Shown piece after piece: positions 1 to 10,745 of a stretch of 64,000 bases of DNA. Both the position numbers and the translations under genes were made by a program. The first letter of the stretch is position 1. Each line of letters starts with the position of its first letter. The stretch is taken from the sequence record MH595538.1, one strand, 5' to 3'. Below the pieces are notes generated by a model. It had not been told where the DNA came from, did not search any database, and saw only the letters and a program-made list of their open reading frames with translations.

Positions 1-2184
1 CAGAAGATAGGTCTGCAAGCTCTGGGCTGGTGCGGCCATTAATCGCCACATTGAACTTAGTGATATTGCGGCCTAGTTGCGGGAGGAGTAAGCAATACAT
101 CCTTTTCCCAGATAGAACCTACAATCTTATTAACTGCATTTACAAAAGAGCTAGAGACTAAAAGCAATTGCTTGCCCAATAAATCCTGTCTTAGGACTCA
201 GTGCTTTCATAAGCAATGATGCAGCAGCTAATCGCTCCTTCATATCTTCCATCTCTTTGGCCATGGATTCATAGCATTCTTAATGTTTCTATGCTCATTA
301 AGTTTACGATTGAGTTCCGATAGCATAGTTTGTAGCTTTCTGGTTTCTTGATTGTACTCTTTAGTTGCAGTGTCCTTAATAAAAGCAATGGCAATTTCGA
401 CATAGGTAGAGTGAGCAACACTAATCTTTCTTTGATGTCAAACAATTCTTGACAAGACGATTATATCCTTCTAATACCTTTTGATCGTCACTGCATTTCT
501 TAAATGAACTATAGGCATCAGACAATTGCTTTTCTAGAATATCGAAAGAAGTCGTCTGTTCATTGGCAGTTATTCTAAGTGTCTCTAGAAGCCCTCTGTT
601 TGACGCTTCTCTTTTACTAGGCCTGAGTATTCAATCATCTTCTGACAGCGCCTTATAGCTGCATCCAGAGCCGATATGAACGTGATAGGATTGCTACATA
701 TATCGAAGGGCCTTTAAACTGAATAAAGACATATCGAGTTAAAGGATGAATACCCATGATATCCATTGTTCCTTTAAGACATGCTTTAAACTCCCGTAGC
801 TTTTCATACTGCTCTGCTATCTTCTTAAAGACTGACTCTGCTTCACTTAGTTTTTTATCGACTTCAGCTTTCTTAGCTTTAGCCGATTCTAACTTAGCTT
901 CAGAGATTCCTTTGGTTGCATGTACTTTATGTCCGCAATTATCACAGTCAAGTGCTTGGGCTAAAAGAGTACTAATGCTAGTAATGGCTGATTCCAGATC
1001 TTCCGAGTATTTTTTAAGACGTCTGATTTCTTCGCCTCTATCATTGTACTCCTTAGTAAGTTCTTCGGCGGACTGCTTGGTAAAGCCAGGATTACTAGAT
1101 AGTTCTTCCATGAAGCCGAGGAATCGGTTTTTGACCGAAGCTAATTCTGATTCATGCGCAGACCAATCATTGATATCACTGTCGTGAGATTCAGGAATTA
1201 TCTTAAGTTCTGCAATCTGACTATCTAGGTTTGCAATCTTTGCCGATAGCATCTCCATACTGGCATCTTCAGGCATTTCTGATAGGCGCTGTCTTAGATC
1301 AGCCTGTGATTCAAGAATGTCTTTAATGTGTTCAATGCGCTCAGAGTGACTTAGTTTATCTGTCTCTAATGATATCTTAAGTCCTTCGATGTGATCAGGC
1401 CCATTGAGTTTAAAAGAGGCAATATCGTGCTTCTTTGCATAGCGAGTAATTTGCTGCATTACTCCCACGCCATGTTCGGTAAGTTTAGTAATCCGGCCTT
1501 GTATTTCTTCGACTGCTGAAAGCACAGTAGGATCTAATGAAAAGTTACTAAGTGGAATAATCGATGCTAGGCGCGCATTGATGCTTTCTATGTCTGCTTC
1601 AATAGACTCTACATCAGAAAGCATATCAAAGCTTTTAGATAGGTCTGCATACTTTGCATTAATATGTTTAATGATCGCCTGCGTATCTCTATGGAGCTCT
1701 CTGACCTTGTCCCAAGTTTTATAAGCATAAGTCATGTCAAGGTTAGAGATCATGACCAAAAGGTCTTCGCGGCCTTAGGGGACATCTGACAGAATGAGGT
1801 CTTGCTCGACAAGATACTATGAATAAATTTAGTGTAATTGAATTTAGCAATAACTAAATCATTCTGTACCGCTCCTGTTCCGCCAGGATTAAGGTTAACG
1901 TCTTCTTCCCAGAATTCATGCTTTGGTGTTTTATGACTATAGTCGCTAACTAGACGATACGTAATGCCGTTGTCATTTAAAATCAGTTCACGATAACCAT
2001 TTTCATCGAACAGCTTTCTGTCTAATGGAGAAAGAGAAAATGCAGAAAGCAGCGCACTCTTGCCGCTGCCGTTATCTCCAATGATTAATTGAAGATCCTG
2101 TCTAGGTTCAAATATAATCTCCTTTATACCTGATCCTATTTTAGTCGGAATAAAATCCCGCAATATAAGCTTTTCTGGTTTCAT
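1..2184 (-). pseudogene. sbcC: SbcC/Rad50-like SMC ATPase (phiKZ gp165-like), broken by several frameshifts and continuing beyond the window edge
   Basis: Walker A GDNGSGKS in ORF 1750-2184. Coiled coil and CxxC zinc hook (CDNC) in ORF 653-1759. Downstream fragments in shifting frames read ...KALSPKTGF... and ...PELADLSS at the window edge, i.e. the ABC signature region. Confidence 0.8.
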
Positions 2185-2240
2185 AATAAGAAAGTGTTAT
2201 TGTTCATCCTATAGTGTTTGACAGAATTGTTAAGTTTGAT

Positions 2241-3119
2241 ATGACTATTAAAGTAAGTTCCAGAAAGTTTATAGGCGTCAGTCGGGTCGCTGAAAATAAA
2301 AAGCGAGGCAGTCACATTGTCGAAGTTTACCCTAGGGAACAGTTACCTACGGTGGACGATGCCATTACTCCTGCACTACAGAAGGTAGAGTTCCAAGGCA
2401 TTGATTGTGGCGAGCGTCCTTACTCTGCTGTATTGCAGCGAGGTTTCACTATCCCATGTAAATGGCTAGGTAGTACTAACCGAGCAACTCCTCCTGATGT
2501 TAGGCGAGGAGAAAGGGTCAACATTTATAGAGATGGCGATAGTCAAAACTATTACTGGTCCGCCATAGGTCAAGATGACCATCTGCGCAGATTAGAAACG
2601 GTTATTCTCACGATCAATGCAAATCCTGATAACTCAGATGTAGAGCCAGGGCCAGATAATACATGGTCAATTGAGATGAGCAGTCATGAAGGCCACATTA
2701 CCCTGCGTACTACACAGGCTAACAATGAAAAGGCTGCATGGATACTGCAGTTTGACTGTGCTGACGGCAAGTTCGTCGTCGAAGATGAAAAGGGCATGCA
2801 CTTTCTAAAAGACAGTGTTAATGACCTCATTCGTCTTCAGAACCAAGCGACATCTAAGATAGAGCTCAATAAGAAAGACATCAATATCTTCTGTGAAGAA
2901 AACATTAACATTAACTCTAAGAATCTGACTCAGATCATTAAAGAAGTGATTAAGACCGAAACAAAAACAATCACTACTCAATCAGAATCTACGTCTTGGA
3001 ATAACAGTAATGCATGGTCATTAGAGACTGGTACCTTTACAGCCCAAGCACAGCAGTCTGCTGAACTTAAAGCCGGTTCCACTGTTACTATTCAAGGCTC
3101 TAGCGTATTCATTAACTAA
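2241..3119 (+). CDS. Tail central spike / baseplate gp5-like protein (phiKZ gp164-like)
   Basis: N-terminal region consistent with an OB fold, then short beta-strand repeats (beta-helix-like). Lies just upstream of a PAAR gene. Start refined to the ATG at 2241. Confidence 0.7.
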   Translation: MTIKVSSRKFIGVSRVAENKKRGSHIVEVYPREQLPTVDDAITPALQKVEFQGIDCGERPYSAVLQRGFTIPCKWLGSTNRATPPDVRRGERVNIYRDGDSQNYYWSAIGQDDHLRRLETVILTINANPDNSDVEPGPDNTWSIEMSSHEGHITLRTTQANNEKAAWILQFDCADGKFVVEDEKGMHFLKDSVNDLIRLQNQATSKIELNKKDINIFCEENININSKNLTQIIKEVIKTETKTITTQSESTSWNNSNAWSLETGTFTAQAQQSAELKAGSTVTIQGSSVFIN

Positions 3120-3128
3120 GGAGGAATT

Positions 3129-3713
3129 ATGTCTACGGGTCCTGTATCGGGCGTAAGCAATCCTTTTTATATAAGCTGTAGTTCACTCGTCATTCCCGAT
3201 GATCCTGATGATCCCAATCCAGATCCTAGGGAACTGACGGAACTAGAATTTATTTCCATTCTAGATCCTGCTTATAATGAGTTCTTTATTGGCGTCTATG
3301 ATGACGGGGATGATGACGATGACGACACTTCATCGGAATGGTACTGTCTAGGCATTGAAGTAAAATCCGTCGATCCTCCTCATCACATGCTGACAGTCGA
3401 TGGACTCAAATATTATGGATTTTATTCATCAACCATCTTTCCTGATTCTTCAATAACTTATCTTGATTCCAATATGGTAAGTCATACTGTCAAGACATGG
3501 GAAGAAATGCCAGAACCCGATGATCCTAACTTCTTTAAGGTCTATAACTTTTCTCCGACTAAGATGGAGAACGTGCCAGTTAAGTACTATGTAGAAGCGA
3601 TCATCCAGCAGGGTTCGAGTGGAACACCGTTCATTATCTCTAAAACCTTAATCCAGCGCGTCGCTAATGATTGGACTAGAGGCAGAGATGCTTTACTCAG
3701 ATACACACAATAG
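3129..3713 (+). CDS. Acidic hypothetical protein between spike and PAAR genes
   Basis: 194 aa ORF with RBS (GAGGA) and Asp/Pro-rich tracts; tightly packed with its neighbours. Confidence 0.6.
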   Translation: MSTGPVSGVSNPFYISCSSLVIPDDPDDPNPDPRELTELEFISILDPAYNEFFIGVYDDGDDDDDDTSSEWYCLGIEVKSVDPPHHMLTVDGLKYYGFYSSTIFPDSSITYLDSNMVSHTVKTWEEMPEPDDPNFFKVYNFSPTKMENVPVKYYVEAIIQQGSSGTPFIISKTLIQRVANDWTRGRDALLRYTQ

Positions 3714-3721
3714 GAGTCACT

Positions 3722-4018
3722 ATGGGACAACCTGCATCAAGAGGTCCTGAGGGAACTACGGGACATGGCTGTTGGCCGCCAACTATTATTAACGGTAATG
3801 CTTCAACGGTATTTATCAATAGCATGCCAGCTATGAAAGTAGGTGCGCCTACTATTCCACATACTTGTGTTGTGCCAAAACACCCAACACACGGATCCGC
3901 ACTGGTGGGAGGCTCAGGCACAGTCTTTGTTGAGAAGATTCCACTGGGACGCATTGGCGATCCAATAGGCTGCGGCGAAGCAATTGCATCTGGATCTTCT
4001 AATGTCTTCGCGGGATAA
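3722..4018 (+). CDS. PAAR-repeat spike tip protein (T4 gp5.4-like)
   Basis: PASRGPEGTTGH, PAMKVGAPTIPH, LGRIGDPIGCG and GSSNVFAG: three PAAR-type repeats with His/Cys metal ligands. Confidence 0.92.
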   Translation: MGQPASRGPEGTTGHGCWPPTIINGNASTVFINSMPAMKVGAPTIPHTCVVPKHPTHGSALVGGSGTVFVEKIPLGRIGDPIGCGEAIASGSSNVFAG

Positions 4019-4026
4019 AGATAACT

Positions 4027-4054
4027 TATACAGGCTCCCTAGGGAGCCTGTATA
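4027..4054. terminator. Bidirectional terminator hairpin
   Basis: TATACAGGCTCCC-TA-GGGAGCCTGTATA between convergent genes. Confidence 0.7.
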
Positions 4055-4657
4055 TTATGTTACGTATTTAACCAACTCAGCTTGAAGCACTTCAACCTTT
4101 TGCAAGGCTTTCTGTAATTGAGATTGCAGCAAGATGTTTTGCTTGTAGTGCGAATCGGGAATGTTCTGCCTGGCCGTGCGTGCTTTGGTTAAAAGCTCAT
4201 GGTCTGAAACACTGATAATGCTAAGCGTCGGTTGTGTGACCATTCGATAGCTAACATCGATACCGACAGAGTTTTCCAAGGCTTCCTTACAGTACTCGGC
4301 TACGCCTGTTACATCAAAAGTTTCAGGCAGTAAACCTAAATCAAACGTCAAGTAGGTTTGTAAATAAGGTATCTGAGCAGCAGTGGGAAACTTAGTGATG
4401 TAGTAAGAAGGAATGATTAGCGTATCAGCAGTGAGTGACATTAAATAAACAATGTCTTCACTATTGTCTCTGTCACGTATATAGTCATCTTGAGTTAAAC
4501 CATGTGGTTTATAATACGTAACATAGACATCAACATCATTTTCTTCTAGTTCATCAAATCCCCGAATCGTTTCACATTTATAGATTGCTCCAGGCTGGAC
4601 TGCAAAAGGAGAAGCAACCTCATACAGTCCAACTGCATTTAATGGAGGTGTTGACAT
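4055..4657 (-). CDS. Conserved jumbo-phage hypothetical, probable virion protein
   Basis: 200 aa ORF co-oriented with the upstream structural gene; C-terminal coiled coil. Confidence 0.55.
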   Translation of the reverse strand: MSTPPLNAVGLYEVASPFAVQPGAIYKCETIRGFDELEENDVDVYVTYYKPHGLTQDDYIRDRDNSEDIVYLMSLTADTLIIPSYYITKFPTAAQIPYLQTYLTFDLGLLPETFDVTGVAEYCKEALENSVGIDVSYRMVTQPTLSIISVSDHELLTKARTARQNIPDSHYKQNILLQSQLQKALQKVEVLQAELVKYVT

Positions 4658-4666
4658 AGATCACTC

Positions 4667-5962
4667 CTATGCGCTTATTACAGTCAAGTAGCTTGATTTA
4701 GTCAGCAAACGTATTACCATTCCGTCGATTGTTTTCTCTAGGTAAATACGAGTATTGGCTTCGTATTCAGTAACTTCTGCCGGGAGAGTTACTGACCCAG
4801 GCGTATAGTCTTCAGCGATGGCCAATAGTGTCTCGATGCCTTGAATGACATTCATGGTCGCCTGCGATATCTGATTCACATTCTGATCATTGAATGACAT
4901 GATTGTAAAATCAGGATATACCTTACTAAAAGCGTTACGTGCAGACGGGTTACCGGAACCTGCAATGGTAAACATTAGAATGTTATTCCAGACATGGACG
5001 GTCGTTTCGCCGTTATCAAAAATTTCAGCCGATGTTCTATCTGGCAAAACCTTTAACATATTGGTTTCGATATCACGTAGCTTAGTAGTTTGACTATAGA
5101 TAGGCGTTACATTAGGGCTGACTTCCTTTGCTGTGTTATCCCAAAGAGGAACAATAACAAAGTTTTCTAGTGTAAGGATTTCGGGAAAGTAAGTACGCCA
5201 CTGCTCTACCGTGTATGCGGTATTATCAGTAAGATAAGTACGAATAGCTTCCAGAATGTTTTCTGAGATAGTCGCTGTTGGGCCATAACAAAGAGCAGTC
5301 CAATAAGTGACAATCGTATTAGCTGGATCAGCAGGATCTACCCAGCGAAGTTCATAGAGGCGTTCTTCGGTAGGAGAAGTATTATCACGAATGGATTCTT
5401 TCTGAGCTAACGCCACAGGCATGGTCACTACATCAAGTGCATTCTTGGCATTGACATAAGTATCGTACAATGAGTTAACAGTACCAAGCGGAGGACTGAT
5501 TCGGATTTCGCGATCTGGATATTCTGTACGGAAAGTACTGTCAGAAAACCACAGTTCAACTTCGGTATCTTCACCAACATCGTTGTAAGTGAACTTTAAT
5601 GACTGAAGATAGAACTTGCTATTAAACTCTACAACTGCACTGGTAGAAACATTGGTTAGTTCAGGATGTACGCCATTAATGAACTCGGTGCCCGTCTGAG
5701 AGTCCGTAAGGTTGGTGATGATGTTGTTTGCAACTTCCAGTATCTTTGTTTTTACGGCGTTGCTGATGAGAGTGCGAACGCTGTTCTGAGTTGCATTGAA
5801 AACAATAAGATCGATGCCTGGATAAGCATCTAAAGAATAGTCTCTTTTATCTGTAGAGAAAGTTCTGGAATAGTCGCTCAATTCACCGATGCCGGCTACT
5901 GCTCCTTGGGCATTGTCGACGAGATCGGTAATCTCTATAAAAGCTTTTACATTAGTTGTCAT
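4667..5962 (-). CDS. Probable virion structural protein
   Basis: 431 aa ORF with RBS GGAG; Thr/Asn-rich composition and structural-region context. Confidence 0.55.
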   Translation of the reverse strand: MTTNVKAFIEITDLVDNAQGAVAGIGELSDYSRTFSTDKRDYSLDAYPGIDLIVFNATQNSVRTLISNAVKTKILEVANNIITNLTDSQTGTEFINGVHPELTNVSTSAVVEFNSKFYLQSLKFTYNDVGEDTEVELWFSDSTFRTEYPDREIRISPPLGTVNSLYDTYVNAKNALDVVTMPVALAQKESIRDNTSPTEERLYELRWVDPADPANTIVTYWTALCYGPTATISENILEAIRTYLTDNTAYTVEQWRTYFPEILTLENFVIVPLWDNTAKEVSPNVTPIYSQTTKLRDIETNMLKVLPDRTSAEIFDNGETTVHVWNNILMFTIAGSGNPSARNAFSKVYPDFTIMSFNDQNVNQISQATMNVIQGIETLLAIAEDYTPGSVTLPAEVTEYEANTRIYLEKTIDGMVIRLLTKSSYLTVISA

Positions 5963-6063
5963 TTTTAAGGCTCCTTAGGCCGGCCTATAATTGAGATCTC
6001 AAATGATTAATCTTGACGCTCCTGTCCAATAGGTTAGAGACATAACTTTACTAAGGTAAACCC

Positions 6064-6510
6064 ATGAAAAAACTACAAGCCCTAGGTGCTTATATTAAAG
6101 AAAAAACTGGCATTACTAAAGGCCATTTCTTCACTGCAATGATTTCACTCGTTATTGGTTTTTCAATCAGTCATTTTACTCAGCCGTCAATTGAAGAGAG
6201 TCCTCAGTATCTTGAACTTCAAGCCAAGGTTACTGAGAGCCTAGAACGTACTGAGGCAGTATTAAAACAATCTCAAGAAAAAGATTCTATCATTGCCAGT
6301 CAAAAACAATTCATTGAAAAACAAGCAAGGGCGCTCGATGAATATAAAGACATTTCAGTTAAATTACAAAATGAGATTGGCGATTATGAAATTGAAGTAG
6401 CGTCTCTGAAAAGAAAGGCGGATCAGTTAGAACTAGAAAGAAAGTATCTGATTGAACAGAATCAACATTTAAAAACTAAGTTGACTAGAAACAGCTATGT
6501 ATGGGACTAA
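6064..6510 (+). CDS. Putative i-spanin (Rz-like)
   Basis: Single N-terminal TM segment (FFTAMISLVIGFSISHF) followed by a long coiled coil; directly followed by a lipoprotein gene. Confidence 0.65.
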   Translation: MKKLQALGAYIKEKTGITKGHFFTAMISLVIGFSISHFTQPSIEESPQYLELQAKVTESLERTEAVLKQSQEKDSIIASQKQFIEKQARALDEYKDISVKLQNEIGDYEIEVASLKRKADQLELERKYLIEQNQHLKTKLTRNSYVWD

Positions 6511-6514
6511 GCAA

Positions 6515-6913
6515 ATGAAACTATTACTTATTATTTCCGTTATCTTCATGTCTGCTTGTACTATACAAGTCGTTCCTCAAGAACCTGAAGTTGAGCAAGT
6601 CGCCGCATCTACGATAGATGAAGAAGCGATGTACGCTCGCTTAGAAGCTCTGGTCTCAAAGAAAGAACCAGAGATAAGATGGAAAGATAAACCCATCTAT
6701 ATAAACAAGCCTTGTAAATTAACTACACTGGAAGACTTTTTCAAACTAGATCCTGTAGATCGGAATCAGTATTTAAGATACGCCGATGTAAAACCAGAAG
6801 AAGCTGAAAGAGATTACATCATGGCTCTAAAAGACTTCAATGCAAAAGCTGGTGCTCTTCAAAAGGATATCGAAAAGGAATATCGAACATGTTTAAAATC
6901 CCTGGGCAAATAA
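6515..6913 (+). CDS. Putative o-spanin lipoprotein (Rz1-like)
   Basis: Signal peptide MKLLLIISVIFMSA-C with lipobox Cys; adjacent to the i-spanin candidate. Confidence 0.65.
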   Translation: MKLLLIISVIFMSACTIQVVPQEPEVEQVAASTIDEEAMYARLEALVSKKEPEIRWKDKPIYINKPCKLTTLEDFFKLDPVDRNQYLRYADVKPEEAERDYIMALKDFNAKAGALQKDIEKEYRTCLKSLGK

Positions 6914-8271
6914 TCGTTGCCTATACAGACGGTAGTTCACACAATCCTAACGGACCATGGCATGGCGGATGGGGTATGCATATCGCCACTGACCTAGGCG
7001 GAGAATATCAGGCATGGCAAGGAATGGTCGAAGGAACGACCAATAACCGTGCTGAAATGAAAGGTCTCGATGCGCTATTGCAGATTGCGGTAGAAAATAA
7101 ATGGCAGCATGTTACTGCTTATCTGGATTCACAAATTGTTATTAAAGGCATCACTAAAAATATCCATAATTGGAAAAAGAATAATTGGATTAAGCAAGAC
7201 GGGAATCCGGTTAAAAACCAAGACTTGTGGATTGAGTTAGAAGCAACCTATTCTGCATTTAAGAAAGCAGGTATTGTTCTAGTCATTGAATGGGTGAAAG
7301 GCCATAATGGCGTAAGAGGAAATGAGATTGCTGACCAGATGGCTAAGCGCGGATTAGCGGCTTCTCTTGCTGGAGACTATACTCCTTATATTGAAGATCT
7401 CAATGCGACCGTTGCACCTACTGATGTGGGTGCTACTGAACCCAAGAAGAAGTCTAAGAAAGCACCTCCTTATAATCCGCTTATCTGTGGATCTTCGGTA
7501 CTCGATACTACAAACTACGGTACTCATGTTCCTGAAGTTGTCTTTACTGCTAACTGGAACACTCCTGATAAAGACGATATTCCACATCGTTTTGTAGGCG
7601 TTGCATCAGCAGATCGTTTTGAAGGAGCGGTTGTTCTTAAAGAGCCTGAACCTATTCTGGAGCTCGTTCGTCAAGCACAGGCCGAAGTCTGTCCGACTGA
7701 TATTCACATTCCGGTTGTTTATAACTGGAGTAAAATTGTATCGGCTAAGAACTGGAAGGTATTTCATGAACAAGGACGCGGTGCTCTATTACCTACTGAT
7801 AGAGGAGATTTAAACTTCTGGGATAACGACACTGAAATAAGCTATCAGTTCTTTGTGCCTAGGATGGCTTGGTTTAGCATTGATTCGATGAATACCCGTC
7901 TATCATTCATCGATCAATATCGCAACAAGTCAGACAATCTTATTGTTGAAGACGTTACTGCTATGTTTGCCGATATTTCTGAAAAAGGCAAGTACACAAT
8001 AACCGATAGAATGAAACTAGCTCGCCGAATGGATCATATTGTCAAACATCCTAAAACCGGAAAGGATCTCATTATCCCTATGGTTCAAGGTAAATCAATT
8101 CCTGACAAGAATACATTCGGTAGAATCATTAAACAAGATAAGGAATTCTCTTGTCATATCATTCTACATTCGGTTACAGCAACGACGATGCGTTGGTCAC
8201 TGATTGTTGAAACACCATCGGGCATTGGCTGTTATGATGGTCCAGACACTAACTTGTTGTTAAGTCCATAA
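6889..8271 (+). CDS. rnhA: Ribonuclease HI with long C-terminal extension (phiKZ gp155-like)
   Basis: YTDGS, TNNRAEM, YLDSQ, NQDLW, WVKGH and GNEIADQMA RNase HI motifs. Confidence 0.93.
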   Translation: MFKIPGQIIVAYTDGSSHNPNGPWHGGWGMHIATDLGGEYQAWQGMVEGTTNNRAEMKGLDALLQIAVENKWQHVTAYLDSQIVIKGITKNIHNWKKNNWIKQDGNPVKNQDLWIELEATYSAFKKAGIVLVIEWVKGHNGVRGNEIADQMAKRGLAASLAGDYTPYIEDLNATVAPTDVGATEPKKKSKKAPPYNPLICGSSVLDTTNYGTHVPEVVFTANWNTPDKDDIPHRFVGVASADRFEGAVVLKEPEPILELVRQAQAEVCPTDIHIPVVYNWSKIVSAKNWKVFHEQGRGALLPTDRGDLNFWDNDTEISYQFFVPRMAWFSIDSMNTRLSFIDQYRNKSDNLIVEDVTAMFADISEKGKYTITDRMKLARRMDHIVKHPKTGKDLIIPMVQGKSIPDKNTFGRIIKQDKEFSCHIILHSVTATTMRWSLIVETPSGIGCYDGPDTNLLLSP

Positions 8272-8275
8272 ATAT

Positions 8276-8302
8276 TATCCTCCTCCCATTGGGAGGAGGA
8301 TA
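8276..8302. terminator. Bidirectional terminator hairpin
   Basis: TATCCTCCTCCC-ATT-GGGAGGAGGATA between convergent genes. Confidence 0.7.
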
Positions 8303-8304
8303 TG

Positions 8305-9162
8305 TTATATATTTTTCTTTAAGATATCAATAGTGTTATTCCATGCGCCTATCGCCTGGTTTGCTTGGAAGAGAACCGAAGTTGCATATTCAGTCTCCAG
8401 CGCCATAGCGCGAAACACTTTAGCCATCTGTACTTTGTTAGCTCGAGAGAATACAAACTCCTCTTCTGGGTCATCTGACATCTCAAGCAGTACATTCATT
8501 TTTTCAATGATCTTATGCTCCATTGTGAGAATGTTGTCAAGATTGAAGTTACTAATCTTTTCATAGAGATCGTAAATAATCTTCTCAGATATATAAAGCG
8601 ATTTTAATGACGGATAGATATTGATGAATTCAATGTTCTCGTTATCATCTGTACGACTAGCTTTAGACTGGTAATGACCAGCCATGCGCTGCTGGAGCTT
8701 CTTCGTATCAGCAAATCCAAGCTTGCGATCAACCCATGGCTTTTCAGCACGGTCAGTATCGTTAACCACGCCCGCTAGCCATTTAAGAGCTGGTAGATAC
8801 AAACGTTGTTCGATGTCATGAATGGCATCGATTTGCGCATGTAACTCTTTCAGGTATTCTTCATTGATAGAGCTTTGTTTAGGCACACGGTAGATTTCTA
8901 GACTACGCAGCTTTACAAGCCCCATGTTATCTAAATCAGAATGCATGCCTGCAATGTTTGTCGGATGATCCATTGCTGCAGTGTCATGATAGTTGGCCAT
9001 TGACTTTAATGCACCAGTAATAGAATCACCTAGGATCTTAAAGAATTCTTCAAATGAAATCATGGACTCCATTGTAAATTCCATTGTTTCACCAGCAGCC
9101 AAGGTGACAGCATCTAAGTCATCTTGTTGAGTAATGATTGACTCAAGGGTAGTTTCGTACAT
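8305..9162 (-). CDS. Probable internal head protein (phiKZ gp153-like position)
   Basis: Acidic N-terminal region with TLE/TME/SFE motifs resembling prohead-protease sites; located between RNase H and UvsX as in phiKZ. Confidence 0.55.
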   Translation of the reverse strand: MYETTLESIITQQDDLDAVTLAAGETMEFTMESMISFEEFFKILGDSITGALKSMANYHDTAAMDHPTNIAGMHSDLDNMGLVKLRSLEIYRVPKQSSINEEYLKELHAQIDAIHDIEQRLYLPALKWLAGVVNDTDRAEKPWVDRKLGFADTKKLQQRMAGHYQSKASRTDDNENIEFINIYPSLKSLYISEKIIYDLYEKISNFNLDNILTMEHKIIEKMNVLLEMSDDPEEEFVFSRANKVQMAKVFRAMALETEYATSVLFQANQAIGAWNNTIDILKKNI

Positions 9163-9268
9163 GAGTATGTCCCTTTGGGTTAGTTTAGTCTCGCTATTCG
9201 ATTAAGCATTATGAATAACAGTTACGATTCATAAGGTAGCGGAAACGTATTTAAAAACGGAGATTTAA

Positions 9269-10744
9269 ATGTTCAACCTAATTAAACAACAAGTACCAGC
9301 TACTGATGCTGTCCATGTCGCTTTTCCTGTGGGCTGTCTAATGGATATTCCAACTGGTACTTTTCACAGAGGCTTTAGAGGCAACTGGATCATGTCTGGA
9401 GGCTATGCCGATATCGATTCAGTAGTAGGTCCAGGCCATACATGGAAGACTGAACAGGCACTCTATCCTATTTTGACAATTCTAGGCCACATTCCTAGTG
9501 CCGGTGCTTTGATATACGACACTGAAAACTCATTAACTTATGAGCGTGTTGAGTTACGTCGTCCATTCTATGAAGGCCTGGAAAACTTTGATCTGCGTAA
9601 AGAACAGTATGAAGAAAGTCCCCGCTTCTATCTGACTAGCAGTGCGAAAATAGACGGCGATGAATTCTTCGAGATCGTTAAGGGTTTTGCTAAAGTACGC
9701 CAGAAAGAAGCCAAGAAACAAAAGAAAATGACTCCTTTCTTGGACCCGATGGGAGAACATCATTACGCTTTCCCTCCGGGCATGTTTGCTATCGATTCAC
9801 TATCAGGCATGAGTATCAGTGCTGTCCATGAAAACATCATGGAGAAGAACAATGTCGGTGAAGGCGGTGCGAACGTTGTCTTCATGAAAGACGGTGCAGC
9901 GAAAACACAGCTACTTATTCAGTTACCTAACCTACCAGCTCGTGCAGGCATCCATGTATCGATGACTGCTCACGTCGGTAGCTTCATCCAGATGGATCAG
10001 TATGCGCCTAAGCCAATTACGTTGACGCACTCTAAGAATGGTACCAAGCATAAAGGCGTTCCAGAAAAATTCAGCTTCTATAATACACATCTTAAAGATA
10101 CCTACAGTGCTACAGTGCTTAAGAACAAGACCACTAAAGCACCTGAGTATCCAGATGGAGAAGCAGATAAATCACCCAACACAGACTTAATGCTGATTAC
10201 TGTCGTTAACTCGCGCAATAAAAACGGCCCTACTGGCGTTACAATGCCGATCGTTGTTTCTCAACGCGAAGGCGTTATTCCTTCATTAACTGAATTTAAC
10301 TACATTAAGAATGTAGGCGTTGCTGGCACTAAGAAGTTTGGCTTCCTAGGCAATGATCAAAACTATCAGTTAGCGCTATGTCCAGATATTAAACTTAGCC
10401 GCACCACGGTACGTCCTAAACTGCGTGCTAATCGTGAGCTACGCGTTGCTGCTAAACTAATGGCTGACTTATTGCAGATGAAACTGCTTTGGGATACGTC
10501 CAATGATCTATGGTGCACGCCAGAAGAGCTGTACGAAGATATTAAGAACATGGGCTATGATTGGAATATCCTACTTAAGTCTCGTTACTGGTGGTGTTTC
10601 GTTGACGAAGAAGACCAACAACCTGCTAATGAACTAACCATCATGGACTTATTAAAAATGCGTAAAGGTGAATATCATCCTTACTGGTTAGAAGACGACA
10701 AGCGTACCGTCAAGAAAGAATTCATGAAGCCTATCTACGCTTAA
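9269..10744 (+). CDS. uvsX: UvsX/RecA-like recombinase (phiKZ gp152-like)
   Basis: Degenerate P-loop GPGHTWKT, IYDTENSL, Walker B FAIDSLS; jumbo-phage synteny. Confidence 0.85.
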   Translation: MFNLIKQQVPATDAVHVAFPVGCLMDIPTGTFHRGFRGNWIMSGGYADIDSVVGPGHTWKTEQALYPILTILGHIPSAGALIYDTENSLTYERVELRRPFYEGLENFDLRKEQYEESPRFYLTSSAKIDGDEFFEIVKGFAKVRQKEAKKQKKMTPFLDPMGEHHYAFPPGMFAIDSLSGMSISAVHENIMEKNNVGEGGANVVFMKDGAAKTQLLIQLPNLPARAGIHVSMTAHVGSFIQMDQYAPKPITLTHSKNGTKHKGVPEKFSFYNTHLKDTYSATVLKNKTTKAPEYPDGEADKSPNTDLMLITVVNSRNKNGPTGVTMPIVVSQREGVIPSLTEFNYIKNVGVAGTKKFGFLGNDQNYQLALCPDIKLSRTTVRPKLRANRELRVAAKLMADLLQMKLLWDTSNDLWCTPEELYEDIKNMGYDWNILLKSRYWWCFVDEEDQQPANELTIMDLLKMRKGEYHPYWLEDDKRTVKKEFMKPIYA

Positions 10745-10745
10745 T

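Noticed and set aside
3697-3954. Minus-strand Cys-rich 85-aa ORF
   Set aside because: It is the antisense mirror of the PAAR gene.
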